Positions 1-9,246 of a stretch of DNA of 64,000 nt are shown one piece after another. A model generated the notes under the pieces. That model did not search any database. It worked only from the letters and a program-made list of their open reading frames with translations, and was not told the origin of the DNA. Source of the stretch: a virus. Position 1 is the first letter of the stretch. The number at the start of each line of letters is the position of its first letter. The stretch is taken from the IMG/VR virus record IMGVR_UViG_3300033182_000769, positions 1-64,000 of that record. One strand, given 5' to 3'. Both the position numbers and the translations under genes were made by a program.

Positions 1-19
1 TATTTAGAGGAAAAATATA

Positions 20-316
20 ATGGAAACTAAAACAAGCGAAATCGATACACCTCACGGCCGTGAATGGCTTACTACATTACTACGTGAACAAAAAGTCATT
101 GTTACCTTTAACAAGAAGGACGGCGACAAGCGTGTAATGACCTGTACGCTTAATCAAGACATTATTCCAGAATCAAAACGTCCTAAGGCTAAGCCGGAAG
201 GTGAACAAAAGAAAAAGAACGACAAGGTACTTGCCGTTTATGATATCAATGCAGAAGGTTGGCGTTCGTTTACTTGGGCAAACGTAACCAACGTAGAGTT
301 TTCATTAGGAGAATAA
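20..316 (+). CDS. WYL_2-like (Sm/SH3 beta-barrel) phage protein
   Basis: Motifs TFxKKDGxxRxMxCTL and VYDINAEGWRSF; GAGG RBS upstream. Confidence 0.65.
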   Translation: METKTSEIDTPHGREWLTTLLREQKVIVTFNKKDGDKRVMTCTLNQDIIPESKRPKAKPEGEQKKKNDKVLAVYDINAEGWRSFTWANVTNVEFSLGE

Positions 317-317
317 T

Positions 318-905
318 ATGATTAAAAAGAAGTATTACAGTTGGCAAGATGTTGAAAATGCGTGTGTAAACATTGCTCTACAAATGTACAAAGACAACTG
401 GCGACCTGATTACATTGTAGGTATCACACGTGGTGGCAATGTTCCTGCTACTATTTTATCTAATATGTTAAACATTCCAGCACACGCACTTAAAGTTAGT
501 TTGCGTGATGGTGTAGAGCAAGAAGATTGCGAAAGCAACTGTTGGATGAGTGAGGATGCATTCGGTTATCCTAAGCAGGAGGTTGAAGTAGACGATACGT
601 TAGATGCTGTTATGCAGGCTGCTGAGGATCTGCTTGCATTAACAGACAACTATAAAAATATTCTTATTGTAGATGACATTAACGATACCGGTGCTACGTT
701 TAACTGGATTAAACAAGATTGGCAGAGTACCTGTTTGCCAGATGATCCAAGTTGGGACGAAGTATGGGACGGCAACGTTCGTTTCGCTGTTATTACAGAG
801 AACCTAAGTTCAGACTTTGATCAAGTTAGATATTATCACGATATGGTTAATAAGGCTGAAAAAGATGTTTGGTTAGTTTATCCTTGGGAGAATGTAGGAC
901 AATGA
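318..905 (+). CDS. Type I phosphoribosyltransferase (purine/xanthine PRT-like)
   Basis: IVGITRGG loop, PRPP-binding motif ILIVDDINDTGAT, C-terminal WLVYPWE. Confidence 0.85.
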   Translation: MIKKKYYSWQDVENACVNIALQMYKDNWRPDYIVGITRGGNVPATILSNMLNIPAHALKVSLRDGVEQEDCESNCWMSEDAFGYPKQEVEVDDTLDAVMQAAEDLLALTDNYKNILIVDDINDTGATFNWIKQDWQSTCLPDDPSWDEVWDGNVRFAVITENLSSDFDQVRYYHDMVNKAEKDVWLVYPWENVGQ

Positions 906-1135
906 AAGTAGATTTACATTGCACTGATAAAGATCAGTATATTGAAGCAGAGATTATGAATATTCGAGAAGGCGCATATTTAGAAGCAGCCATTCAAGGC
1001 AGTGTCAAACTACATATGGGCTATAACAAACAGCATAAGACATACATTGGAAGTATGGGCGGTTTAGAGTTTACTGTAAAAGAATCTAATATCCCCACAC
1101 AATATTCTTATAAGCCATTTAAAAGGACACGATAA
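902..1135 (+). CDS. Hypothetical protein
   Basis: ATG at 902 overlaps the previous stop (ATGA) and has an AGGA RBS, so it is a better start than 869. Confidence 0.6.
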   Translation: MKVDLHCTDKDQYIEAEIMNIREGAYLEAAIQGSVKLHMGYNKQHKTYIGSMGGLEFTVKESNIPTQYSYKPFKRTR

Positions 1136-1542
1136 TGAGATTAGCAGGTCAAGAAAAAATCGTAAAAGACGAAGTTCATAATATTGAACAATCGTCGGGT
1201 GCTCCGTGGACAGATAGTGTTCGTGAAGATTATCACGTAAAAGTGTTCCGTGATGGTTACCCTGTAACTGAAGGACATTTGCTATTCGTGCCTAAATATA
1301 ATACTGTAGGCGTACTTAGAGATGCATTTGAAGATGCTGTAAATGAAGGTCTTAGAGGTGTTGCTGACGGTAAATGGGACGGGTTTAACATCGGTCTTAA
1401 TGTAGGTCGTACAGCAGGTCAAACTTGTAGTTGGCCGCACGTACATATGATTCCACGTCGTGAAGGCGATATGGAAGATCCTACCGGCGGTGTAAGACAC
1501 GTCATTCCAGAGAAAGGTAACTATAAAAATGGAAGTTATTAA
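1135..1542 (+). CDS. HIT-family nucleotide hydrolase
   Basis: YPVTEGHLLFVPK, GFNIGLNxGxxAGQT and the histidine-triad region PHVHMIPRR. Confidence 0.88.
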   Translation: MRLAGQEKIVKDEVHNIEQSSGAPWTDSVREDYHVKVFRDGYPVTEGHLLFVPKYNTVGVLRDAFEDAVNEGLRGVADGKWDGFNIGLNVGRTAGQTCSWPHVHMIPRREGDMEDPTGGVRHVIPEKGNYKNGSY

Positions 1543-2134
1543 CTTTGGACCTCACGTTGTTAAGACAAGTCTTAAAGACAGTGAGTTTGGTATTATTAAA
1601 AGTTTAATAAACGAAGCAACAAACCCAATTAACGATACATTGGCAGGCCAAATTAAATACGAAAACCAGTTTTCTCCTGCGGCGGCAACCGCTATATACG
1701 AGATAATGCTACATAAGTTTGTAGACTATTTAGATATTTGGGCGGAAAAAGTTTACGATCAAAAATTAAGATATAGTTTAAAATTAGATAATTTATGGCT
1801 CAATAAAATGGTCGCAGGCGAGTACAATCCTCTACACAATCATAGCGCAGACATTTCCTTTGTGTATTACATTGATGTGCCAGAAGAGATTCATGAAGAA
1901 GAAAATAACACAACAGCAATGGATATGGGTGCTATAGAATTTATATATGGAAAAGGATCTGGTTACGAGCCTAATCATTTCTTAGATCCAATTACTAATT
2001 ATATCCAGGTTCCACAAGCAAACGAATTGTTTATTTTTCCATCATTTTTATACCACCATGTACAACAATTTAAATCAGATGTCGAGCGTATATCAATTGC
2101 AGGTAACCTATTAATGAAAATAGAAGGAAATTAA
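1529..2134 (+). CDS. 2OG-Fe(II) oxygenase family protein
   Basis: YNPLHNH..ISFVYY, LFIFPSFLYHHV and RISIAGN motifs typical of phage 2OG oxygenases. Confidence 0.8.
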   Translation: MEVINFGPHVVKTSLKDSEFGIIKSLINEATNPINDTLAGQIKYENQFSPAAATAIYEIMLHKFVDYLDIWAEKVYDQKLRYSLKLDNLWLNKMVAGEYNPLHNHSADISFVYYIDVPEEIHEEENNTTAMDMGAIEFIYGKGSGYEPNHFLDPITNYIQVPQANELFIFPSFLYHHVQQFKSDVERISIAGNLLMKIEGN

Positions 2135-2332
2135 ATGTCTGAATATCCTAAGAAAACTGGCGAACATAGTTGGACTATCCAAGTTCAAGAAAATAACAAA
2201 ACAAAAGAATTGTTTATCGAGATACCTCCAGAAGCACTTGCCCAAGTAGGTTGGGATATTGGAGACGATCTTATTTGGGAAGATCTAAATAACGGTAGTT
2301 GGTCAATAAAAAAAATTGACAAAGAGCAGTAG
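2135..2332 (+). CDS. AbrB/SpoVT-like small DNA-binding protein
   Basis: LFIEIPPEALAQVGWDIGDDLIW swapped-hairpin pattern. Confidence 0.6.
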   Translation: MSEYPKKTGEHSWTIQVQENNKTKELFIEIPPEALAQVGWDIGDDLIWEDLNNGSWSIKKIDKEQ

Positions 2333-2344
2333 AGAAGGTATAAT
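2316..2344 (+). promoter_or_regulatory. Sigma70-consensus promoter upstream of queE
   Basis: TTGACA (2316-2321), 17-nt spacer, TATAAT (2339-2344). Confidence 0.85.
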
Positions 2345-2350
2345 AGTAGT

Positions 2351-3199
2351 ATGAGTAAGTTAAAAATAGCAGAACTATTTTATAGTATTCAAGGTGAAGG
2401 ACGTTATATGGGCGTACCTTCTGTTTTCTTGCGTACTTTTGGTTGTAACTTTAAGTGCGGTGGTTTTGGTATGCCTAAGGGCGAATTAAGCACAATGCCA
2501 GATGATATAGCACTAAACGTTGATAAATATGAAAGGTACGAGGAACTTCCAATTGTTGAAGTAGGATGTGACAGTTATGCGAGTTGGCATCCTAAGTTTA
2601 AACACCTTTCACCAACACGAACTTCGGACGAACTTGCAGAGTCAATGACTGCTATGTTACCTGAAGGAAAATGGAACGATGAGCATTTAGTAATTACTGG
2701 AGGCGAGCCGTTGCTTGGTTGGCAACGTTCATATCCAGATCTTTTAAATCATGAAAAAATGCAAGGTCTAAAAGAAATTACGTTTGAAACAAACGGCACA
2801 CAAGAACTAACAAGTGATTTTAAAAATTATTTGGATAGATGGTTATTAGACCATCCCGAAAGAGAGATCACTTTTTCTGTTAGTGCTAAACTAAGTTGTT
2901 CAGGTGAAGCACCCGGAGATGCTATCAAGCCAGAAGTCGTTGTAGAATACGAGAACTACGGATACACATATCTCAAGTTTGTTGTAGCAACAGAAGAAGA
3001 TGCAGAAGAAGCATTAGAGGCTGTTGACATTTATCGTTCCGCAGGCTTTAAAGGCCCTGTGTACTTAATGCCAGTGGGTGGCACCGAAGGTGTTTATAAC
3101 ATGAACGCAAGAGCAGTAGCAGATTATGCTATGAAAAACGGATTGCGTTACAGCGATAGATTACAAGTTCCACTATTTAAAAACGAATGGGGAACTTAA
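2351..3199 (+). CDS. queE: 7-carboxy-7-deazaguanine synthase-like radical SAM enzyme
   Basis: ELFYSIQGEG..G.PSVFLRxxGCN, GCDS, LVITGGEPLL, FETNGT, SVSAKL, YLKFVV, VYLMP and RYSDRLQ motifs. Confidence 0.85.
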   Translation: MSKLKIAELFYSIQGEGRYMGVPSVFLRTFGCNFKCGGFGMPKGELSTMPDDIALNVDKYERYEELPIVEVGCDSYASWHPKFKHLSPTRTSDELAESMTAMLPEGKWNDEHLVITGGEPLLGWQRSYPDLLNHEKMQGLKEITFETNGTQELTSDFKNYLDRWLLDHPEREITFSVSAKLSCSGEAPGDAIKPEVVVEYENYGYTYLKFVVATEEDAEEALEAVDIYRSAGFKGPVYLMPVGGTEGVYNMNARAVADYAMKNGLRYSDRLQVPLFKNEWGT

Positions 3200-3480
3200 T
3201 GGATCCGATAAGAAAATTTTTTGCAAAATCTTATCATAGCGATAAGGTAGCATTTGCATTTGAAATGTTTAGTACTGTTGTAACTATTGCAGCCAGTCTA
3301 ACACTTGCTTTGAATGCAGCCGATCCTGACATGCGAATTGTTTATCCTGGTTTCTTTATTGGATCAGTTGCAGCAATTTATGCATATCACAGACGTCATC
3401 TTGCATGGCCGTTTGTTTTGACTACGTATTTTGCTTTTGTTAACGTGCTCGGGTTTAGTCGAGCAATGGGGTGGCTATGA
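3199..3480 (+). CDS. Small membrane protein with about three TM helices
   Basis: Three hydrophobic segments; ATG at 3199 overlaps the queE stop (TAATG). Confidence 0.7.
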   Translation: MDPIRKFFAKSYHSDKVAFAFEMFSTVVTIAASLTLALNAADPDMRIVYPGFFIGSVAAIYAYHRRHLAWPFVLTTYFAFVNVLGFSRAMGWL

Positions 3481-3857
3481 ATTTTATTAAAAAAATGTTT
3501 GGTATCGATAAAAAAGAAGCAGAACTTCAAGAAAGAGAAGATGCCGTTAACACTAAACAAGAAAAAGTAGATCCAAAAGCAGCGGCTACTCGAAAGAAAG
3601 AACCGTGGGTTGGTGTGTTAGATACGCACGTTAATTCACAAAATGTAAGAAATGGCTTTTTTGAACTTGACTGGAACAGGTACTTTATAGTACAATTAAT
3701 AAGTGAAGGATACGGCACTAAAGACGATCCTGAAGAAGAAATTGTCGATCGCTGGTTTAGAGAATTATGTGCTAACGTAGTGGTTGATGGCGATTACGGT
3801 GGTCCTGTTGATACAGGCACTATGGACATTAACGCAGTGAAACGTGACAACCAATGA
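3477..3857 (+). CDS. Hypothetical phage protein
   Basis: ORF coupled to both neighbours by ATGA overlaps; GFFELDWN and IVDRWF motifs. Confidence 0.7.
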   Translation: MNFIKKMFGIDKKEAELQEREDAVNTKQEKVDPKAAATRKKEPWVGVLDTHVNSQNVRNGFFELDWNRYFIVQLISEGYGTKDDPEEEIVDRWFRELCANVVVDGDYGGPVDTGTMDINAVKRDNQ

Positions 3858-4837
3858 ATTATATTATAGTAGATACAGCAAACACCTTTTTCCGTGCAAG
3901 ACACGTTATCCGCGGCGACGCAGATATCAAACTTGGCATGGCTTTCCACATTACATTAAACTCTGTACGCAAAGCGTGGCAAGACTTCCAAGGTAGTCAT
4001 GTTGTATTTTGCTTAGAAGGACGTTCGTGGCGTAAGGACTTTTACGAGCCATATAAGCGTAATAGACAAGTTGCTCGTGATGCTCTTACTGAGGTAGAGC
4101 AAGAAGAAGATGCAGTATTTTGGGAAGCATTCGATACGTTTAAAGACTTTATCGAAACTAAAACAAACTGTACAGTTATGCGTCATCCTAACTTAGAAGC
4201 AGATGATTTAATCGCAGGTTGGGTACAAAGTCATCCAAATGACAATCATATCATTGTAAGTACAGACACAGACTTCCAACAATTAGTTGCTCCTAATGTA
4301 AAACTATATAATGGCGTACAAGAAGTAACTACTACGCACGAAGGCTTCTTTGATAAGAAAGGCGAGCGGGTAATTGATAGAAAAACTAAAGAACCTAAAG
4401 AAGTAGATCCAGAATGGATGCTATTTGAAAAATGTATGCGTGGAGATAGCAGTGATAATGTATTTTCTGCGTATCCGGGTGTACGTAAAAAAGGTACAAA
4501 AAATAAAGTTGGTTTGTTAGAGGCGTTTGCAGATAAAAGCACAAAAGGTTTTGCTTGGAACAACTTAATGCTACAGCGTTGGACCGATCACAAAGGTAAA
4601 GAACACCGTGTTCTTGAAGACTACGAACGTAATCGTCAATTGATTGATTTATCAGCACAGCCAGATGATGTTAAAGTTATGATTGCTGAAACAATTGCAC
4701 AAGCAACCAATAATCCTAAAGATGTAGGACAAGTTGGAATTAGACTTATGAAGTTCTGCAACCTTTACGATTTACAAAAAATTAGCGAGCAGGCACAAAG
4801 TTATGCTGAGCCTCTCAATGCAAGGTATAGTCTATGA
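3854..4837 (+). CDS. rnh: 5'-3' exonuclease / T4 RNase H-like flap endonuclease
   Basis: IIVDTANTFFR, SWRKDFYEPYKRNR, EADDLIA, STDTDFQQL and GDSSDNV (H3TH) motifs. Confidence 0.88.
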   Translation: MNYIIVDTANTFFRARHVIRGDADIKLGMAFHITLNSVRKAWQDFQGSHVVFCLEGRSWRKDFYEPYKRNRQVARDALTEVEQEEDAVFWEAFDTFKDFIETKTNCTVMRHPNLEADDLIAGWVQSHPNDNHIIVSTDTDFQQLVAPNVKLYNGVQEVTTTHEGFFDKKGERVIDRKTKEPKEVDPEWMLFEKCMRGDSSDNVFSAYPGVRKKGTKNKVGLLEAFADKSTKGFAWNNLMLQRWTDHKGKEHRVLEDYERNRQLIDLSAQPDDVKVMIAETIAQATNNPKDVGQVGIRLMKFCNLYDLQKISEQAQSYAEPLNARYSL

Positions 4838-4896
4838 AAATTTGTCAGTACAAAGATACGTGTGAATCAAAAACAAAAAACTGTTGGGAGGGTAAA

Positions 4897-5370
4897 ATGG
4901 AACAATTTTATGCAAAGCCAATTATCGATGAAAAATTTTGGATAGTTGAAGAAGAAGGTGTTCGTGTAGGAACATTAAGGAAGAACGACGAAGATCGATT
5001 TGTATTAAGTAACAAAACAGGAATCCAAGTTTTTAAAGACAAGGGAAGCCTTCGAAAAGAATTTGGCAAAGATTTCTTTGTTAAAATTGTAAAAGAAGCA
5101 GATGACGCAGAAGAGTTAGAAGTACACGGATATCCTTCAAGTGTTGTTCCTCATAATCCAATGTTTGATGTTCAACGCAAACTGCCGTTGTTTACAAAGA
5201 GTAAAGATTCTAAAAGTTTATATTGTGCCGGATACTATGTTATTAAATTTGATAAGGGCTGGGTTAAATCTTTCTGTCCAAAATTAATTACAATACAACG
5301 TTATCCTTCTAAAGGTCCATTTAAAACAGAACTTGAGATGAAGCAGGTATTATCAAGTGTCAACAAGTAA
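4897..5370 (+). CDS. Hypothetical phage protein
   Basis: Long ORF in the operon; ATG at 4897 has a GGAGG RBS (alternative start 4834). Confidence 0.7.
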   Translation: MEQFYAKPIIDEKFWIVEEEGVRVGTLRKNDEDRFVLSNKTGIQVFKDKGSLRKEFGKDFFVKIVKEADDAEELEVHGYPSSVVPHNPMFDVQRKLPLFTKSKDSKSLYCAGYYVIKFDKGWVKSFCPKLITIQRYPSKGPFKTELEMKQVLSSVNK

Positions 5371-5608
5371 TCTTCCTACTACATTACCTACTATTGAAAA
5401 ACTCATTCAACGTGTTCAAGCGGCTGAACGTAGTCAACAAAGAGATATTCGTATGACTATTCAAGAAGCCCGTGACTTAACCGCTGAACTCGCTATTTTA
5501 ACTTCTCGATTAGGTAAAACAATCACAGAAGTTCATCAGAGTCTTAAAGAACTAAAAGAATCAACAGGCAACATTGATGTTAAATTTGATGGCGGAGGAT
5601 TCAAATAA
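5357..5608 (+). CDS. Hypothetical coiled-coil protein ending in DGGGFK
   Basis: GTG start overlapping the previous gene; helical composition. Confidence 0.65.
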   Translation: MSTSNLPTTLPTIEKLIQRVQAAERSQQRDIRMTIQEARDLTAELAILTSRLGKTITEVHQSLKELKESTGNIDVKFDGGGFK

Positions 5609-5614
5609 TAAATA
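5608..5614 (+). promoter_or_regulatory. Late-promoter-like box ATAAATA
   Basis: Resembles the T4 late TATAAATA box; 15 nt upstream of ORF 5630. Confidence 0.55.
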
Positions 5615-5629
5615 TACGTAGGTAATACT

Positions 5630-6682
5630 ATGTACTATTTTGCACATCCTAAATTCATTGAAAAAAATATCCCCGACTTTGATAAAGATTTATTAAAGCT
5701 CATCTCTACATTATCTATAGATTTTAATTCTGCGATTGTCGATCGAACAGGTCATATTAACACCTGTTGTGATATTTTGTCTCCAATACCTCAAAGGACA
5801 AATACAAAAACATTTGAAGAAATTGTTAACGATCGTGCAAAAGAAATTGTCAATTACGTAATTGAAAACAGACTCGAACTTCGTCTAAAGTGGAATGCCG
5901 TCGACCTTCCAATTGTGAATACTTGTATGATAGTTGCTATTGCAGAACACATAAAAACGCTTCCTTCACCAAAGCGTCCGATGCTTCGATTTATATACGA
6001 CGAAAATGAAGAATACCAGTGGCTATCTTTTTTTGAAAACTATATATTAGAAAATAAAACTATTTTTAAAGGAGTTCAAAAAAACTACAAAAAGCATACT
6101 GGAAATCTAAATCATTTGGTAGTATACGGTAACCATGGAAGACTTTTGTCTCCGCAACCATATTTTGCCTATGCTGATCATTTAAAATCTGTAATGTTTA
6201 ATGATGTCTGTGATAACTGGGTTTGGTCTTATATAAAACCTATTGTTAATAAGATGCCCAACTCGTTAGGAGACAAAACTGTACCTGCTGTTATGACTTG
6301 GTTAGATTTTGTACTGTCGTGGCAGTGGAATTCGTTTCGTTCATGGATAAAAGTTCCAAGACCAGACATTGATCAAAAACACAATATGTCCTTTTATGAC
6401 ACAGAAGCATTTCAGAATTGGTTTTTAAACTCGTCGCTTGAGGATATGAATCCAGGTTTATCGCCAACCACAACGGCGTGGCCTTGCAGAGAATATATAA
6501 GAAAATATTTTAATGATAGTGTGTTAGACCAAGAAGAGGGATTTTTGTCAGAAGAGTATTTAGAAAAAATTAACACTTCAAAATTATCACAAAAAGACGA
6601 CAGTCCGTTAATTAGGACCGGAGTGCATGGCACGTATGAAACATTTGCTATTGACACCAAGTTTACAAGGTACACAATATGA
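5630..6682 (+). CDS. Degenerate PP-loop/asparagine-synthetase-like paralogue
   Basis: Colinear with ORF 6679 (LSPIP..TFEEIVNDRAKEI, WLDFVLSWQ, FYDTEAFQNW) but lacks SGGxDS. Confidence 0.55.
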   Translation: MYYFAHPKFIEKNIPDFDKDLLKLISTLSIDFNSAIVDRTGHINTCCDILSPIPQRTNTKTFEEIVNDRAKEIVNYVIENRLELRLKWNAVDLPIVNTCMIVAIAEHIKTLPSPKRPMLRFIYDENEEYQWLSFFENYILENKTIFKGVQKNYKKHTGNLNHLVVYGNHGRLLSPQPYFAYADHLKSVMFNDVCDNWVWSYIKPIVNKMPNSLGDKTVPAVMTWLDFVLSWQWNSFRSWIKVPRPDIDQKHNMSFYDTEAFQNWFLNSSLEDMNPGLSPTTTAWPCREYIRKYFNDSVLDQEEGFLSEEYLEKINTSKLSQKDDSPLIRTGVHGTYETFAIDTKFTRYTI

Positions 6683-7953
6683 TACGCTATCCTACAAAAC
6701 AAGAAATATTAGACGTTATCAATGAAAATCAAATGAACGAACCGCATCGTTATGGTAAAATGGTTGCAAGGTATCAAAAATATGGTAAACTAATTAAAGA
6801 CTGTAAGACAGACGAAGAAGCATACAAACTTTACTCTAAAAACTTTAGAGGTAATCCACGCCTCAATCCTAATGCAAAATCATTTACAGAACAAAGCGCA
6901 TCTAAAGAATATATTAAATTCTTTGGACATCTTTTTTATCAAGATTATGTTCCTACTATGTTCAACGTAGATAGATCGGATGAAGAATTTATTGTTAATA
7001 AAATTATGCGTGGGCGACCACTGAACAGACTAAATCCTGGAGATAAGTCTGTCTTAACACCAATACCGACAGTTGACAACAATACTCCTAAACTTTCATT
7101 GAAAGAAGTATGCGATTTAAGATCTAAAGAATTTAAAGAACTTTCAGAGACACACATAATCTATCTATTATGGTCAGGAGGTATTGATTCTACACTGGCG
7201 TATTACTCGTTGGTGAATAATAATGTGCCTATTCAGGTAATTTTTAACGAAGATTCAGTAAAAGAGTATCCTAAACTTGCAGAGGAAATAAGGAGCGTTG
7301 GCATCGATGTATTTGAACCAACCATTAAAGAATATCAAGAATTATTAGATAATCCAAATAATGTTATTATTAGCGGCGGTAGCGGAGATGAAATTTTTGC
7401 AGGTGTTGGCGAATGCGAATGGAGAGACATTGACGAAGTTCTAAACTGGGAGCAACCCTATAAAGAACACATTCCGCAACAACTACAAGATACTGTTAGA
7501 CCTTACATACAACAGTTAATTGGAGACAAAGACGATACATTAACTGTAGGTGAATGGCGTTGGGCTTTACACTTTTTATTTAAATATCAACAAATACAAA
7601 TATCAGGTATGTACACGTTAGGATTAGATCTAACAGGACGCAAGAATGGGCATATTGGCAAATTCTTTTATGATACTCCAGAATTTAATATATGGTCTAT
7701 ACAAAACTACGATAAACTATGCGGTGAAGAATGGAAAAATAAGCGTATTGCCAAGTTAGTCATTTTTAAATACAATAACGATAACGATTACCTTAACGAT
7801 AAACGAAAATTTTGCTCTATGCGTAAAACAATGTACAGAGAAGATGTGTTAGAGATTATTACACCTAAAAAACCTATTATAGACTATAGTGGTACTGTTA
7901 AAGGTACCGGAATTACTACTCTTGGCGAGGCAGAAAGAAGAATAATCTTCTAA
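6679..7953 (+). CDS. PP-loop adenine nucleotide alpha-hydrolase (asparagine synthetase C-domain/QueC-like superfamily)
   Basis: LLWSGGIDST PP-loop and IISGGSGDEIFAG motif. Confidence 0.7.
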   Translation: MIRYPTKQEILDVINENQMNEPHRYGKMVARYQKYGKLIKDCKTDEEAYKLYSKNFRGNPRLNPNAKSFTEQSASKEYIKFFGHLFYQDYVPTMFNVDRSDEEFIVNKIMRGRPLNRLNPGDKSVLTPIPTVDNNTPKLSLKEVCDLRSKEFKELSETHIIYLLWSGGIDSTLAYYSLVNNNVPIQVIFNEDSVKEYPKLAEEIRSVGIDVFEPTIKEYQELLDNPNNVIISGGSGDEIFAGVGECEWRDIDEVLNWEQPYKEHIPQQLQDTVRPYIQQLIGDKDDTLTVGEWRWALHFLFKYQQIQISGMYTLGLDLTGRKNGHIGKFFYDTPEFNIWSIQNYDKLCGEEWKNKRIAKLVIFKYNNDNDYLNDKRKFCSMRKTMYREDVLEIITPKKPIIDYSGTVKGTGITTLGEAERRIIF

Positions 7954-7960
7954 AATTCGG

Positions 7961-7967
7961 ATAAATA
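7961..7967 (+). promoter_or_regulatory. Late-promoter-like box ATAAATA
   Basis: Intergenic, upstream of the AGGA element and ORF 7999. Confidence 0.6.
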
Positions 7968-7998
7968 TATACGTACTTAATTAGGAATATATTTATAC

Positions 7999-8283
7999 AT
8001 GAGTAGACCAAAGCCAAAGGTTATCCTGGAACACGCAAACAGAGAGACCTATAAAATAGAACAAATACTCGAAAGCGAAGCCATCTGGGCAGTATTTTAT
8101 CAAGGTAGGCCTTTTAATCTTAAGAGCGGAAGTCTTCTTGCCAGTTATCCCGGTCCTAAGTACAAAAAAGTGTCCTTTTCTAATCCAGGTCATGCAAGGA
8201 ATCTTGCTAAGAAACTTAACGCTATGTTTAAGACAGAAGACTTCTCTGTTTATAAATTATCAAACGGAGAAGAAGAAAAGTGA
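7999..8283 (+). CDS. Hypothetical phage protein (MSRPKP...)
   Basis: Basic 94-aa ORF after a promoter box; GPKYKKVSFSNPGHA motif. Confidence 0.75.
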   Translation: MSRPKPKVILEHANRETYKIEQILESEAIWAVFYQGRPFNLKSGSLLASYPGPKYKKVSFSNPGHARNLAKKLNAMFKTEDFSVYKLSNGEEEK

Positions 8284-8286
8284 CCT

Positions 8287-8688
8287 ATGGACGTAAAAGA
8301 TCAATACACTAAAGTATTCTTATCAGCAGCACAATTTCCTACCGATGAAGATATCATAAAAGATCGAAGACCGGTATGGTGGTGGAATGTCCGCAGTAAA
8401 GAGGATGGCGGATTACGTTTAACAAAACCAGCAATAGACTTCATAGAACAGAAAGCAGAAATAAAAACATATAAAATAAAATTTCCAAAAGAGCTATCTA
8501 TTACACCGCAGATACTCGTTTGGCTTGACAATTTTATAGAATCGCCGTATTATATAACTAAGAAATACATCATTGTTATGCGTGAAAAAGCAGCATTTGA
8601 ACTATACCTGTTTAGCGGTGATGTAAGAAAGATGGGATACTCAAAAGCAATGTCAAAAAGACTGAACCAAGATTGTCAAGCAAACTAA
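8287..8688 (+). CDS. Hypothetical phage protein
   Basis: Tightly packed operonic ORF. Confidence 0.72.
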   Translation: MDVKDQYTKVFLSAAQFPTDEDIIKDRRPVWWWNVRSKEDGGLRLTKPAIDFIEQKAEIKTYKIKFPKELSITPQILVWLDNFIESPYYITKKYIIVMREKAAFELYLFSGDVRKMGYSKAMSKRLNQDCQAN

Positions 8689-8711
8689 AAATAGGTGGTA
8701 AATATTTGTCG

Positions 8712-8981
8712 ATGTTAGAACTTAACCCTGTAGACGTATTAAAGATTAGAGAAGTAAAGCACATTGTACCTCACTTTTCTAAAATTAAAATATCAGATTC
8801 AGAAAGATTTGATTACAATATTGTAAATTGGATTAAATCGCGTCTGAAAGGAAGATATTACATTGCTAATGCTCCTGCATTGAGCGATGACAAGATCAAA
8901 GTATCTACGTTTGTTGGTTTTGAAGAGCAAAAAGAGCTAACATACTTTATGTTGGCGTGTCCATACTTAAGGAGAAACTAA
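8712..8981 (+). CDS. Hypothetical phage protein
   Basis: ATG at 8712, just downstream of TAAATA (8699-8704). Confidence 0.65.
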   Translation: MLELNPVDVLKIREVKHIVPHFSKIKISDSERFDYNIVNWIKSRLKGRYYIANAPALSDDKIKVSTFVGFEEQKELTYFMLACPYLRRN

Positions 8982-9245
8982 ATGGCAGAAAATAACGAAG
9001 TAGAGGCTACTGTAAAAGAAGGGGCGCCAATGGGTGCACCAGCAGATGCAGCGCCTGAGCAACAAGAAGCAGCAGCAGGTCCAGACCTAAATGTTAGTGA
9101 TCTTGCAGCACTAAAAAGCATCATTGAAGTTGCAACACAAAGAGGAGCGTTCAAGGCAGCGGAACTTGAAACTGTAGGTAAATCTTTTAACAAACTTACA
9201 GCATTTTTAGAGGCCGTTACCAAACAACAAAACCCGGAGGCTTAA
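8982..9245 (+). CDS. Hypothetical protein
   Basis: AAGGAG RBS; RGAFKAAEL..VG motif. Confidence 0.75.
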   Translation: MAENNEVEATVKEGAPMGAPADAAPEQQEAAAGPDLNVSDLAALKSIIEVATQRGAFKAAELETVGKSFNKLTAFLEAVTKQQNPEA

Positions 9246-9246
9246 A

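Noticed and set aside
6679-7953. Calling this gene queC or a lasso-peptide cyclase
   Set aside because: It lacks the QueC C-terminal zinc-binding Cys cluster, and no precursor peptide or leader protease gene is nearby
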